Of a DNA stretch of 50,628 nt, positions 1 to 11,186 are shown one piece after another. Made by a program: the position numbers and the translations under genes. Each line of letters opens with the position of its first letter. The first letter of the stretch is position 1. The notes below the pieces were generated by a model. The model did no database searches. It saw nothing but the letters and a program-made list of their open reading frames with translations, and was not told where the DNA came from. Source of the DNA: Hyphochytrium catenoides (Eukaryota; Protista; Hyphochytriomycota); contig FLMG01002915.1 in the NCBI GenBank assembly GCA_900088475.1, forward strand, positions 1 through 50,628. Reading direction: 5' to 3'.

Positions 1-608
1 CTCTCTCTCTCTTCTCTTCCTATTTCTCTCACTCTGTGCCTCCAAGCCATCTCATGTCCTTTCGCCTTCCCTTCTACCAATCATTATCACGGGCTTATGA
101 AAACTCTGTTATCTGCTATCTACTAAGTGATAACCCTGAATACTGTGATCCCAGCACTTTCTGACTCCCATGCGCGCTAGCGGGTCACTAACATGAACCG
201 ACACCCCTGCTATCGAGTTGATTTTCAGCCAAAGTAAGTCTATCCTATAAAAAACGTCTCCATAGTGTTATAGTTACCCTGATGTTCATTCAGTTATGCA
301 AGAGCCTGGAAGACTATACCCTATTCTAGTCATTATCGCCACCTTAGCTCACAGAAATTGAAAATACAATAACTACTGCACTCTAGCTTTTTGATAATCA
401 CAGATAGGCATTTGATCAAGAATAGCAGTTGTTAAAGGAAGTGCCATTAGGAATATACTCACCATAGTCTCCGGGATTAGTATAGTACTGTACACTGGGA
501 GCTACTCGTACAGGCAGGAGGATGTAACGGTCAGCAAAGAGGAGGGAGGAGGAGGAGGAGGGTCCCAAGGTGCTAGCGCCTGATGATGGCCCCACCGTCA
601 TACTGAGA

Positions 609-611
<3 letters not shown>

Positions 612-659
<48 letters not shown>

Positions 660-730
660 CTCTCTCTCTTCTCACTGTTCCCTCTCTCTCTCCTCTCTCT
701 ATTATGTCTTTCACTCTCTCTCTCCTCGCT
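612..730. repeat. (CT)n microsatellite and polypyrimidine tract
   Basis: About 20 perfect CT units at ~615-655, then degenerate CT-rich sequence. It explains the spurious SL/RE-rich ORFs here. Confidence 0.95.
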
Positions 731-1210
731 TCTTGCTCTCGTCGTCGTAGCTAGCCGCCGCCTCCTCCCTCTTATACTCTTCACCTTCAACTCAACTCTT
801 TCCGCACTCCTCTGCTTCTTCCTTCCTCGAGCTCGTTTAAACCTCCCTGTCCACTTGTCTGCATTTTCTCCTCTCCCTCTTCTCCTCCTGCCGTCTTCGT
901 TTGATTCTACTACTATATATATCTAAGCTGGCCTCCTCCTGTTTTCGGGATCAGCATCTTACTGATGACAGTGGGATGATGACTTGAAGAAGGAGGACCC
1001 CAGTATAAAAGCAACAGCGGGAGAGAGACAGAACAGAGGAAGAGAACAGGGAAGATCTCACCACAGAACTGTTCTTATACTTGGTTGGAAGAAGGAGTTA
1101 GATGGTGGATGATGGCAGAAGAAGACAAGACGACGGGCCAGAGGACCAAAGGCACTACGTAAATTATACGGACCGTTCTCTTCTCCTCGAAAACTAGATG
1201 AGCGATAGCT

Positions 1211-2955
1211 ATGGCCAACAGCAGTAAGCGTGTGAGACAGAGCAAAGGTCCGCATCAGGCCGTCCGCACCAAGGTAATAATAGCTCTCCTATCATCATTT
1301 GGCTGCGTTGACTCTCCCCTCGGGCATAGGCACTCCCCTACCTAGCTAGCTCATCTTCTGTCCGCTTCCACCCTTCCTCTGGTGTTATCCTCCCTCTCTT
1401 CTTCTACCGCATCCCTTGCTTCTCTTCTATACACTTCTATCGTGCATCTCTCTCCTTCGGAAGTCGTATCATCTAATGGACCTTCAACACTTGTAGGAAG
1501 AGAAACGCACCGATGCCTTCGTAGGTGCGTCAAAGTTGACCCTCTCTTCTTACTCTCACTGCTCTCAAGCCTCCTCGCTCCTCTGTCTCTCTCTCTCCCT
1601 CTTTCCCACTCTATCTCCTTCTCCTCTGTCTATCACTTTCTCTTTGTATGTTGACGTCTAAGTTTGCTTTTCTCCTGATGATTTCTATCATCATCTACGA
1701 CCACCAGCCCTGTCTTCCACTTCTCACTCTTCTTCCTCTAACGACGGTCAGATGCTGTGGAGAAGAACTGGACGGAGTTCGTGCTAAAGTACCTGGCTGA
1801 GGGACAGGATATCAACGCATACGACGTACGGCCAGCACCTCATTTGCTTTGCATCCTATTACTCTATCCCTTATTACGCTATCTTATCGGTTAGCTCTAC
1901 TATTAGCAAGCCTATCTTCCGCATCGCTAGGAAAGTGTTGGAGCAACAGCATTGACCAGTTCCCTTTCGTTTCTTCTTCTTTGTTGTGCCTGGAGCACAA
2001 GCCTCTCCTCCTTCAATTTTTGCCGTGCATGTTGTGTGCTCGTCTACAGTGCCGCTCAAACTGTTTCGGCAAATGCTGCCAAGCTGTTTAGCTCTCTTTC
2101 TTTGTCCGATACCATCAATCAATCATAGAGAAAGTACATCAGCTTTCGGGGTCCTTGGACATGGTCTGACGATGGTCTCCTGCTTGTCACTTTATTCTTT
2201 TTCTCCTTTCTCAAATGGCTGAAGCGATTCGGAGCTACTGCTCTCCTGACTGCCATTCGCCGGTCTAACGCCGCGATGGTGCAGCTTCTGCTGGACAACG
2301 GAGGGGACGCCCATTGGGTAGATGTAAGGAAAAAATGAAAATACGAGCTTTTTTCATCACCTGGGAAAATGGCAAGCGGTTGCTAGCGGGAACACGTCCT
2401 TGACAGCAGAAGCAGCTTTTAGATAGATGGCTTAGGGGACATGCAAGCAGGCTGTACGAGGGGAGCGAGACAAACCAGCTAGACCAGGGAAGAGAGAGAG
2501 AGAGAGAGAAGACGGGAAAGGCCCATCGGCGGAGAGGCTGGGAACGAAGAATATGAGGCGAGAGAAGCCTATTGCTCCGTATCAGATCCGTACTCTAGTT
2601 TTTATGTTCCTTGTGGCTCTTCTTGTCTCATCTTCCTTGCGCTGCAACAACAGGACGAGGGTTGGACGCTCCTACATGAGGCAGCTCTTGCAGGAAATGT
2701 CGAGGTTCTGATGCTGCTTAAGGAGTACGGAGGGGCAGACGATACTCTTCGGACAACGGTAATTTTGATCGTTAGTATACCCTTTCCTATCTTTTATCTC
2801 GCTCTGGCGCTTGTAACAGCCTTCTGACACCTTGTTATGTCTTGGCCTCTGTGTAGGACGGCTACCGGCCGTTAGACATTGCTGTGCGCTATGGGAAGGT
2901 CGATGTGCTTGACTATCTGGCGAAGGGATTCGACCCAGATCAAGGCTATCTTTGA
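1211..2955 (+). CDS. Small ankyrin-repeat protein, 6 exons, ~155 aa
   Basis: Exons 1211-1273, 1497-1524, 1752-1825, 2225-2323, 2654-2758 and 2857-2955 join in frame via GT-AG introns: MANSSKRV...DAVEKNWTEFVLKYLAEGQDINAYD|RFGATALLTAIRRSNAAMVQLLLDNGGD..|DEGWTLLHEAALAGNVEVLMLLKEYGGAD..|DGYRPLDIAVRYGKVDVLDYL..*. These match the ankyrin consensus GxTPLHxAxxxGxxxxVxxLL. Confidence 0.85.
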
Positions 2956-3515
2956 CGACGGTGATGCGAAGTGTTGCCCAGACAGACCAGAGATAAACGC
3001 CAACCCACAGTGATGTAAAGGAAAGCGAGAAGAGAGGGAAAGAAAGAGGGAAGAAAGAAAAAGAGAGAGAGAGAGAGAAAAGAGAGAGAAAGAGAAAGAA
3101 ATGACAGCAACAAACAATCTATTGGGCGATGAAATGCCATCATGGGACGCTTAATTTTGGTGTCAGTCTATTATCAATAGGTCACGTGGAGAAGACGATT
3201 ATCATGCTGGTGAAAAATATTCAGAGAGAGAGAGAGCGAGAAGGAGAGAGAGAAAGAGGCTGGAATGGGACAACGGGAGAGAAGAATATAAGAACAGAGA
3301 GGACGACAACACTTTAGTATACAGTTAATGAGCAAGCATCTCCGCCTATGAATATAAAAGGCACATTGCGTGTTTCTCATCAAGAGCAGATGTGGCAGAG
3401 ACGGCATGTAGAAAGGCTTTGGAGCTAATGGTACAATATAGCAAGGGACGAAGAAGCCTCGTGCGAGAAGTCTCTCTCTCCTTCTCTCCCTCTCTCTCTC
3501 TCTCCCCTAAGTCTA

Positions 3516-6338
3516 CTACAGGGCAGAGGTTGAAGAGAAATTGACGGTCATCGACGTCCTTCTCCTCCCTCCCTGGCAAAAAGATTCTTCTTCTTCTAAC
3601 GAAAGACAAAAGGGCGAACGGTCCGGAGATGGCAGATCTTCCACCACCTCGTTGAAGTCAAAGTGCAGTGAGTCCGAGTATAGCACAGAGTTGGGTCTGA
3701 AGAGGAAGTCATCCTGAAGAGATGTAGTCTCCACAGCGAGAGGAGACAAAGCCCAGAGAACGTGTTGCTTTACTGCCAGAGGGGACTCGAGAGACTCTCC
3801 CTGCCACGGGGAGGACGATCGTCTCCCTTCTCCGGACCCTGGCTTTTGCTTGATGGAGGGCCTGGAGTAAGCAAGGGCGGAATCTCAGTACCAATGCGGA
3901 GAGAGAGAGAGGGTTGAGAAAGAGCTACTCTCAAGCAAGAGAAGAGAAAGAAGCCAGGCCGAACTAGAAGATTAGAAAGCGGCCGTCCAAAGAGAACGAT
4001 TTGTCTCCTCTCTTTCCCTAGACCACGTCATGGACTTATCCTTGTCTCCTCATCGTCTCCATCTCTCCTACTAGTGGGCTGTCAATACCTGGCGGAAGGC
4101 GTCTTTTTGTCGGAATCGCTGGGTTTATCATTGTATATAACCTTAAGCAGCTTCGCATGGTGATCCTCGTCCACGGTGATGTTCAAGGGCTTCTTTCTCT
4201 TCAGCAGCTGCTGTGACACTCCTCGTCTTCCTCCACCTGCTTGTCCCGACGTTGCAGAAGCGTTCTCTGTCGCTTTTCCTTTACTCTTCTTGCTTGAGTC
4301 ACTCTTTGCCCCGCTCTCCCCAACTTTTTGGGCATTCTGCTAGATTGAGAAGGCCAAGGACATGAGCGCCGTAACCAGAGACAAACGGCAGCATAACTCT
4401 TGAAAAAGAAGAGATGCGTCCAAATCATTGACGAAGAGCACGGAACCATAAGAATGGCCGCGCGACAATGGGAAAAGAATAATGTAATAAATCAAGGAGG
4501 CGGATGGTATCTCAAGGTCAACCAAAAATGCCCCAAAAGAACCGAGAGACAGAGAAAGACGGACAGACAGACGCTCAGACCAAGGAGCGGAAGGGGAAGA
4601 AGTAGAATGAGAGAGATGCAGCTCCCCCGAGGAATGAGATCTATTTGGAGCTAGCCATAGTAAGGAAGTAGGAAGAAACATATTTACCATTTGCTTGTCC
4701 AGCTTTTCTCTAAGTCTCTCTCTGAAGGCGGCACTGTTGCTTGCAATGTGAGCAGCTAGGGCTCCTGAATCTATCTTTGCCTCCACCAAAGAAGAAAGAA
4801 GAGGCCCTACTCCGGCATAATCTATCAATGAACCTTGCTTCTCTGCCCCGTCGTCTCTGCCAAGGTGCTGGCTCAGGCAGTTAAGGAGAGAGTTTGAAGA
4901 GCTCTCTTCAGCCTCTGCGTTGTTAGCACTTAGCCTCACAGAGAGAGGAGCAACCACTTCTTTGTCTCCCAGGACAAGGGCTCCAGAGAGCTGTGACGGG
5001 TTTTCTTTCATTAGCTCTGAGGCAGCCTCGGCCGCGGCACAAACATACTTCTGAAGCTCTATACCAAGACAAGATAGCGGCAAGGTGAGAACGGACGGGG
5101 TGGCCTTCTCTCACCTAAAGTTTTCCCCCCAGTCCCGCTCTGAACGCTCCTTGTGTCTCTTTCTCTCTCTTGTTCATCCTCTCTGTCACTGTTTTTCTCT
5201 CCCTAATTCTCTCTCTCTGTTTCGCTCTGTCTCAGTTTCTCTCTGTTTCTCTCTCTTTCTTGCTTTCCTTCTTTCTTTGTCCCTACCCGGTTCTTCACTT
5301 CCTGAATAAGCATCCTGACAGTAGGACGTCGTGGCCATTTCTTTTTGCCCGTGTTTTCTCCGTCTCCGTCTCTTCTTTAACCCCCTCCCTTCTAAGCCTG
5401 ATATGCTACCTACCAGCGAGGCTGGCGGCTTTCCTTTGTCTCTCCTTGCTGGAGGTAGTAGTTGATGCATCATCTTGGCGCTTGACTTGTCCCTTGTTCA
5501 CTTCACGGTTAAGCTTTCGCACATTCCGACGCATCGTGGAGTACCTTACGAGTGAGACACAAAGACATGAGGCTTGAGGAGGATGACACGTACAGAACCA
5601 ACATAGTGGCCTCTATATGGGTACCATATAGACTGAAGCAGCCAATGAAGGCGCGCAAAGCCAAGGTAGATAGGTAGATAAACTGCCAGCAGTAGCCAAA
5701 CGGAGAAAGACTAAGCGAAGTTTGTTTTCTAGCCGTTTGAGTCTGTGTACCCCTTACCAGTGGTTCTTAATAGCATTGTCTGTTCTTCCTTTCAGTCTCT
5801 TTGCGATCTCGCTCCAGCGATTTCCTAGCTCCTTGTGGGCCTCTATCATGATGGCCTCCTCCTCCGGGGTCCAAGCCTCCTTGTTGATTGTGGGATCTAG
5901 ACAATATCAGCAGCAGTGAGCACTTTCGGAGTATATAGAACGGTGGAGACGAGTGCGGTGTATATAACGAAAGAAGAAATAAAAGATAATACCGTGAGAG
6001 CTACAGAGCTACAGGCTAAGGAGTGCCCGAGCCAGCTAGCCTTAGAAAAAGAGGAAGCATTGACGAGGGAGCAAATCTTTGAAAAGCCGCAGGGCTACGC
6101 TCAGAAAGAGAGAAAACTAAGAGAAAACAGCTAAAGCTAAAATAGGAGCTTTAGCCTGACCCAGGTGATTGTGCCACCGCTCTCTGCATTGCTTGCCACT
6201 TCTCCCTTGTATGCCAAATTCAGTGTTGATTTGCTCAGCTATCAGAGACCAGCTCTTTGTGCCGTGCTTCTTCACCAAGGCCTCTATGGCATCATCTTCT
6301 TGCCGGGTCCAAGCTCGCCGGTCAGAATGCTGACCCAT
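3516..6338 (-). CDS. R2R3-MYB transcription factor, 6 exons, ~471 aa
   Basis: Exons 6338-6161, 5896-5758, 5544-5414, 5058-4688, 4339-4089 and 3861-3516 sum to 1416 nt in frame. Two Myb repeats: [32 protein letters not shown] and [35 protein letters not shown]. The 3' exons are less certain. Confidence 0.9.
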
Positions 6339-7039
6339 AGCGTATTCTATCCCCCAAAGAGGAGTGGGACAACTAGAGCGAGCCTAGCCGTGGAACAAAC
6401 CGCAAGACGAGGGAGAGAGACACCTCTTTTCGTCTGGTCTCTCCTCTTCCTGCCTCCTGCCTTGTTTCTTCCCCTACTCTCCCCGTTGAAAATGGTCTAC
6501 TCAGAACGTATCTTTCCTTAATGCGACTCTCTATCCTACTGCACCTCTGGATTCCTACTGCACAGCTCACTCCTCTTCGAAGGAAGAAAGGATCTATCCT
6601 CTTCTAGACTGAGTATCGGGAAGAGCTCAATAAGAGAGGGAAAAGGAGGAAGATAAGGTGGAGACTAAAGGCTAACGAAGAAGAGTCCGATGATCTCTGC
6701 ACTATATGAACCCAGAGCCCAGCACTTCTGCGTGGCTCTAGGCAAGAAGAGCAAGAGAGAGCAGTCAAGGTCCATTGGCCGCAGAGAGAAGCCGTCCTTT
6801 CATCTGTTCTCATGTGTAGCCAAGTCTGCCTCTTTCCTCTGGCTTTCTTTCTTGATCGCTCTTCCTGCAGCTGGTCATTCTCAATGGGTCTCTCAAGCTT
6901 CTCTTCCTTTCAATAGACCTCCTACATTGGATCATAGCTTCTCTCTGGCTCGCTACTTTGGGGCTCTCTGTGCTCTTCTCTCTCCCCAAGCTCATTTGCA
7001 GCTCTAGTCACCTGCTTCTGCTAGGATTTGTTAGCTGTA

Positions 7040-7290
7040 TTTGACTGATAGGTGCTTCCTCTCACTTTTCCCTCTTCTCCTCCTTCTCTCGCTCCCTTTC
7101 TCTCTCGCTCTCTTCCCTCTCTCTCTTCTCCTCTGTCTCTGTTTTTGCATACCACCTTTGCCCCCTTCCTCTCTGCCTCCCTCTCTCTTCCCCTCTTCTC
7201 CCCCTTATAAGGCTCTCTCTCCCTCACTCTCTCTTTCTCTCTCTCTCTCGCTCTGCCTTCTCTTTCTTTCTCTCTCCCTCTCTCTCTCAG
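7040..7290. repeat. Polypyrimidine/(CT)n low-complexity tract upstream of the MYB gene
   Basis: Long stretch almost entirely C and T with CT runs. Confidence 0.85.
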
Positions 7291-7707
7291 TCGGTCTCTT
7301 TCCCATTATTCTCAACTCTACTACTAAGACAAGGTGGAGAATGGCTGAACAGCTTTTGAGTGCAGCTTTGTATCTTCCCATACCCACCCACCCCAGGTTG
7401 TATCACAGAGTATAGCGCCTACTGTGTCGCTTCGTGACGGTGGGTGGGTATCTGCCACCGAGCCTCTGTCTGTCAGCCATCAGAGTTTAGGAAATATTCA
7501 AGGCCCAGAACGGCGTTCTGATCGACCCCTCAGTTCAACTCACATTCCGCATAGGTGTGACAATATCCCCAATACTGTTGACCAATACAACACACTGGGA
7601 GAAAACCAATCTGGCCCACCCCCTCCTCAATACGCGTTAGACAAATTGACCCGCCTACACGTCTTTTGTTATCTTCCTGCACACCATGACGTATATCATG
7701 AATAATG

Positions 7708-7832
7708 AGTCCGTTGTTTCTAAGCGAAAAGACACTTTTTAGTGCTGTGATACGCTAGCCCAAAGTGTCGGTTCGATCCTAGCCGTTAGCGACTACCTTT
7801 TCCCCTTTGTACGGTCGTACAGTTGTACAAAG
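7708..7832 (+). other. Degenerate tRNA-like or structured element (possible tRNA-His pseudogene or SINE head)
   Basis: B-box/T-loop GGTTCGATCC 7770-7779. Anticodon-like arm TAGTG-CTGTGATA-CGCTA 7740-7757. D-arm-like TGTTT/AGACA 7715-7734. TTTT at 7798-7801. No acceptor stem and a poor T-stem. Confidence 0.25.
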
Positions 7833-9758
7833 CTCATTGATCCTTGGAGCTGCAGCGGGATCTCAAGAGGCACAGAGTGACTTTATAATGATCTAGGAGA
7901 AGCCTTGTGATGATGATAGAGCACTGGCATAGTGTAGCTCAAGGCTCAAGCGAACGGCGTAGTAGGACCCAAACCTAGAGGGCTGGCTTCATGGTTCTAC
8001 CTCATGGTTATACGACACATTCCTCTCTTCTGCCTTGAAGAAGAAGGGAAGAAGATGCCGTAGGAGAAAGGAGGAAGACGTCTTCCCTCATGATTTCCAC
8101 TCCTCCTCCTGGAAAGAGGAGAAGGTGTCTCTTACCTGTCTAGTTGTACCACATAAAAAATTCTACCTGTATTTATAAAGTATTATAGACCAAGGACTAC
8201 GGGCCATCTGGCCACTTAATACAGTGAATGGGGTTGCTAGCAGCTGCCGATTGAAGGGTGGATGGAGGAAGAACGAACGAAGCGGCGGTAGACCACCAGC
8301 AGCTGGAGACCACGAAGGAGGAGGATGTTGAAGTATGAAATCTCCATAATACTTCTTTTTGAAAACGCCACCACTCTTACTACTCTTCTTGTTTCTCCCT
8401 TAGCTGCAGCTGTTGTGGCTTTTGAATAATGTAGATATTTACCCTGAGTATTCAACAAGAAGAGAACAGGAGGGTAGAGTAGCGGCAGTAGTAGGCCCCC
8501 AGTACTATTCTCTGCCAGAATCATCATCGATCACTATAAGCAGCAGTACAATCACCATCCCTGCATCAGCCACAGACTTTCAATGGCGGCCCCATTATAT
8601 ATGTACGTCATAATATCATTATTACAGAAAGGAACGACGATTGGTGCCAAGTTAGTTTAGCCACTACTACATTTGCCATCTCTTCTTCTCCTTCTTGGCC
8701 TCAAGTTCATTCTTCTTCGCTTTAAGCGTCGATGGTGTACCTACCTCCTCCTGCTGCAGCAGCACTTCTCGCCAGCAACAAGCACCATGTCTTACATTTA
8801 TTGATTGTCCATCGAAGCCTTTGATGTTGGTAGTAGCAGCACCCTCCTCCTCCTGCTGCTTTTCCATACTACTAGAAAGAACAAGTCCCAAACGAACCAG
8901 TAAGAGTCGATCATTATTATCATCATCATCGGAGGAGGAGGAAGAAGCCCCATTATTGAGTCATCCTCCTCCTCCTCCTCCTCGAGGAGCTCCTCCCACT
9001 AACTACTGCTTCTGCATTGCCTAATAACGCCATCCACCAGAAAAAGCAGGATAAGGTGTAAGATAACCTCGTCCCATCAACGTCGAGTTGAGACAGTTCA
9101 TTAATAAACTTCGGCCAGGGACATGTGCTGGCGGTGCGTGGGGGTCGTCGGTTTGGCAGTGATATTGAGCGATGATGATGCACGATGATGATCATGATGT
9201 CCTTCAGTTCCTTTTCGGAACCGCTAACGGCTATCATACACTCCGCAAGAACTGATGAGAACGGGATGTTGCTTGGATTTCTACGAGCAGCGAGAAGACA
9301 CACATCTACTATCCTTTCCTCTGTTTGTACTGTAGCTGTAGGGGTGTGACCTGGCTATCGGCTCTTTCCTGATGATGGCTCTTCCCCTTGCTGGCTCGCT
9401 TGCTCGCTCTCTCATTCCCTTTAGTCTGTCTTCTGCTCTCTCTCCTGCCCGGCCTCACCACCTCCACCTCGTCTCCATCTCCTTCCGCTGGTTCTCTTCT
9501 CCTCAACTCGCATACAAGGTACAGGTAGTTGCGTAGTTCCGTTCTGCCATTCGTCAGATAACATCTACTAGCCGAGGGAGCGCTGTGTCATTCAACTTAC
9601 GCGCAAGCTCCTCTTCAGTCTGCGGTTGCTACTTGGAGCTTATTGTTTCTCTACGTAGCACTTTCCTCTCCCTTATTCTGTGAGATTACATTGGGCAACT
9701 GCTGCGCAGGACGCACAATCCAGGCGGGCCCAATCGCAGGTTTATCCGGCTCCTCAAG

Positions 9759-10597
9759 ATGCTTCATAGTCTTTTGGTTGTCAATAGCGCCGGCTACGTA
9801 CTTCTTGCCAAGTACTTTGTCCCACTGAAGAACCCCGACCGAGAAGAGTGGGAGAGAGACCTGTTCAGGGAAACATCTGACCGGTGGACTCACGCGGCTG
9901 TCGAGCAAGTAGCTCTTGTCGGGTGAGAAGCCATTACATCCTTTCTCGCAAGTTCTCTTCCACCTTCGCCTGCCTCGTCCTTCTTCGTGCTGTCTGCTCG
10001 AGTCATCTCAATCTTGGTCTTTGGCTGTTTGTTGGCGCCATCGTGTAGGGAGAGTGCGGTCGTCTACAGAAAAATTGGGGACTTGCTCTTCTTTATAGCT
10101 GGTGGCGGCGAATATCAGCCTCTACTATGTGAGTATAGTGTGACTCTGGAATTGTCACCATCTCGCTCACGTCGTTGTTGTGCTACGCCTTATTCAGTGT
10201 CACATATTCTTAACACCATTGTGGAAGTCTTATCCGTGCACTTCGAGAAGAAGTTCACGGAGACTCAGCTGCTGACTCACTATCCCAAGGCCTGCGTATT
10301 GCTTGACGAAGTAGTTCAGGAGGTAGGTTGCAGGCCTGTGGCCCCCGTCATCTATCACTTCTTGCCATGCCGTTGGTGATAGTTTAGTTGGGCGGGAATG
10401 GAGCTTAGAACCTTGCCACTGAACGATCAGTCCAGTCCCTTTCCCCTCCTTGAATCATTTGCTACTAACTCAACTGCCAAAAAGCTTCAGTATTGACCTC
10501 TGCCTATTCTTGCACTTTGCAGGGCCATCTAGAGCAGACAGATATTGACCGTCTTGTAGGGCTGAGTAGGTCGAGACCAGCATTTACTGCTAAGTAA
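9759..10597 (+). CDS. TSPOON: TSET/TPLATE complex small (sigma/zeta-like longin) subunit, TSPOON/LOLITA-like, 4 exons, ~147 aa
   Basis: Exons 9759-9922, 10049-10128, 10198-10322, 10523-10597: MLHSLLVVNSAGYVLLAKYF..REEWERDLF..ESAVVYRKIGDLLFFIAGGGEYQPLLLSHILNTIVEVLSVHFEKKFTETQLLTHYPKACVLLDEVVQEGHLEQTDIDRLVGLSRSRP. It aligns motif by motif with my recollection of plant LOLITA (GDVSIFLVGKDEY..KPPTERVFLDKYGRICLCLDEIVWNGLLENTDKDRI..LKP). Confidence 0.8.
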
Positions 10598-11186
10598 AAA
10601 TAGGAAAAAGTTTTATATACAATTCTACAGTCTTCAAGCGGACAGAACTCAACGGCAAAGCTGGAACTAGTATTGTCTGAGTTAATGTGGGAGCAGAAGC
10701 GATGGAAAGGTATAGGTCGCAAAAAGGCTAGATTTCATACGCTGTGTCTGATAACTGACCCGATACAGCTGACACCGGACCCGCGAGCTCACGTAGAAGG
10801 ATAAGGTTTAGTTGGAACGAGCTCTTCAAAGCTGCTTGGCTTCTCTAGGTGCATGGAACGGGCTCTCCGAACCTGCTGGCCTCTCTGGGTGCATAGCACT
10901 TATCCTTTCAGTGTCAAACGTGCCTTGAGTATGACGTACCCCGGAGGGAATAGCGGCCCTGCAATTAGTGGTGAACTTGCCATAGATAGGTCCCGAACAG
11001 CTGTAGTGTCTGCCTAGTAGAGAGTTGCACCTTTGAGTAGTTGTGTACCACCTCATCAACCGCATAAATAACAGTCAGTGAGGAGCTGGAGTCTTCTCAC
11101 TATCCCGTGCGCCCTTCATCAGAACGATCGACGTGCTCGCTTAGGACGGTTCGAGGTGATGACGCCCTAGTGTTTGATACTTCACC

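Noticed and set aside
416-926. ORFs rich in RE/SL dipeptides (also 5085-5577, 7021-7415, 23642-24014)
   Set aside because: They are translations of (CT/GA)n tracts, not proteins.
913-957. Minus-strand MLIPK start resembling ribosomal protein eS10
   Set aside because: The frame stops after 14 codons and has no further similarity.
581-8930. TGATGA C-box matches (581, 963, ~7908, 8521, 8920) as C/D snoRNAs
   Set aside because: There is no suitably spaced CTGA D-box with a terminal stem. Most are part of (ATC)n low-complexity sequence.
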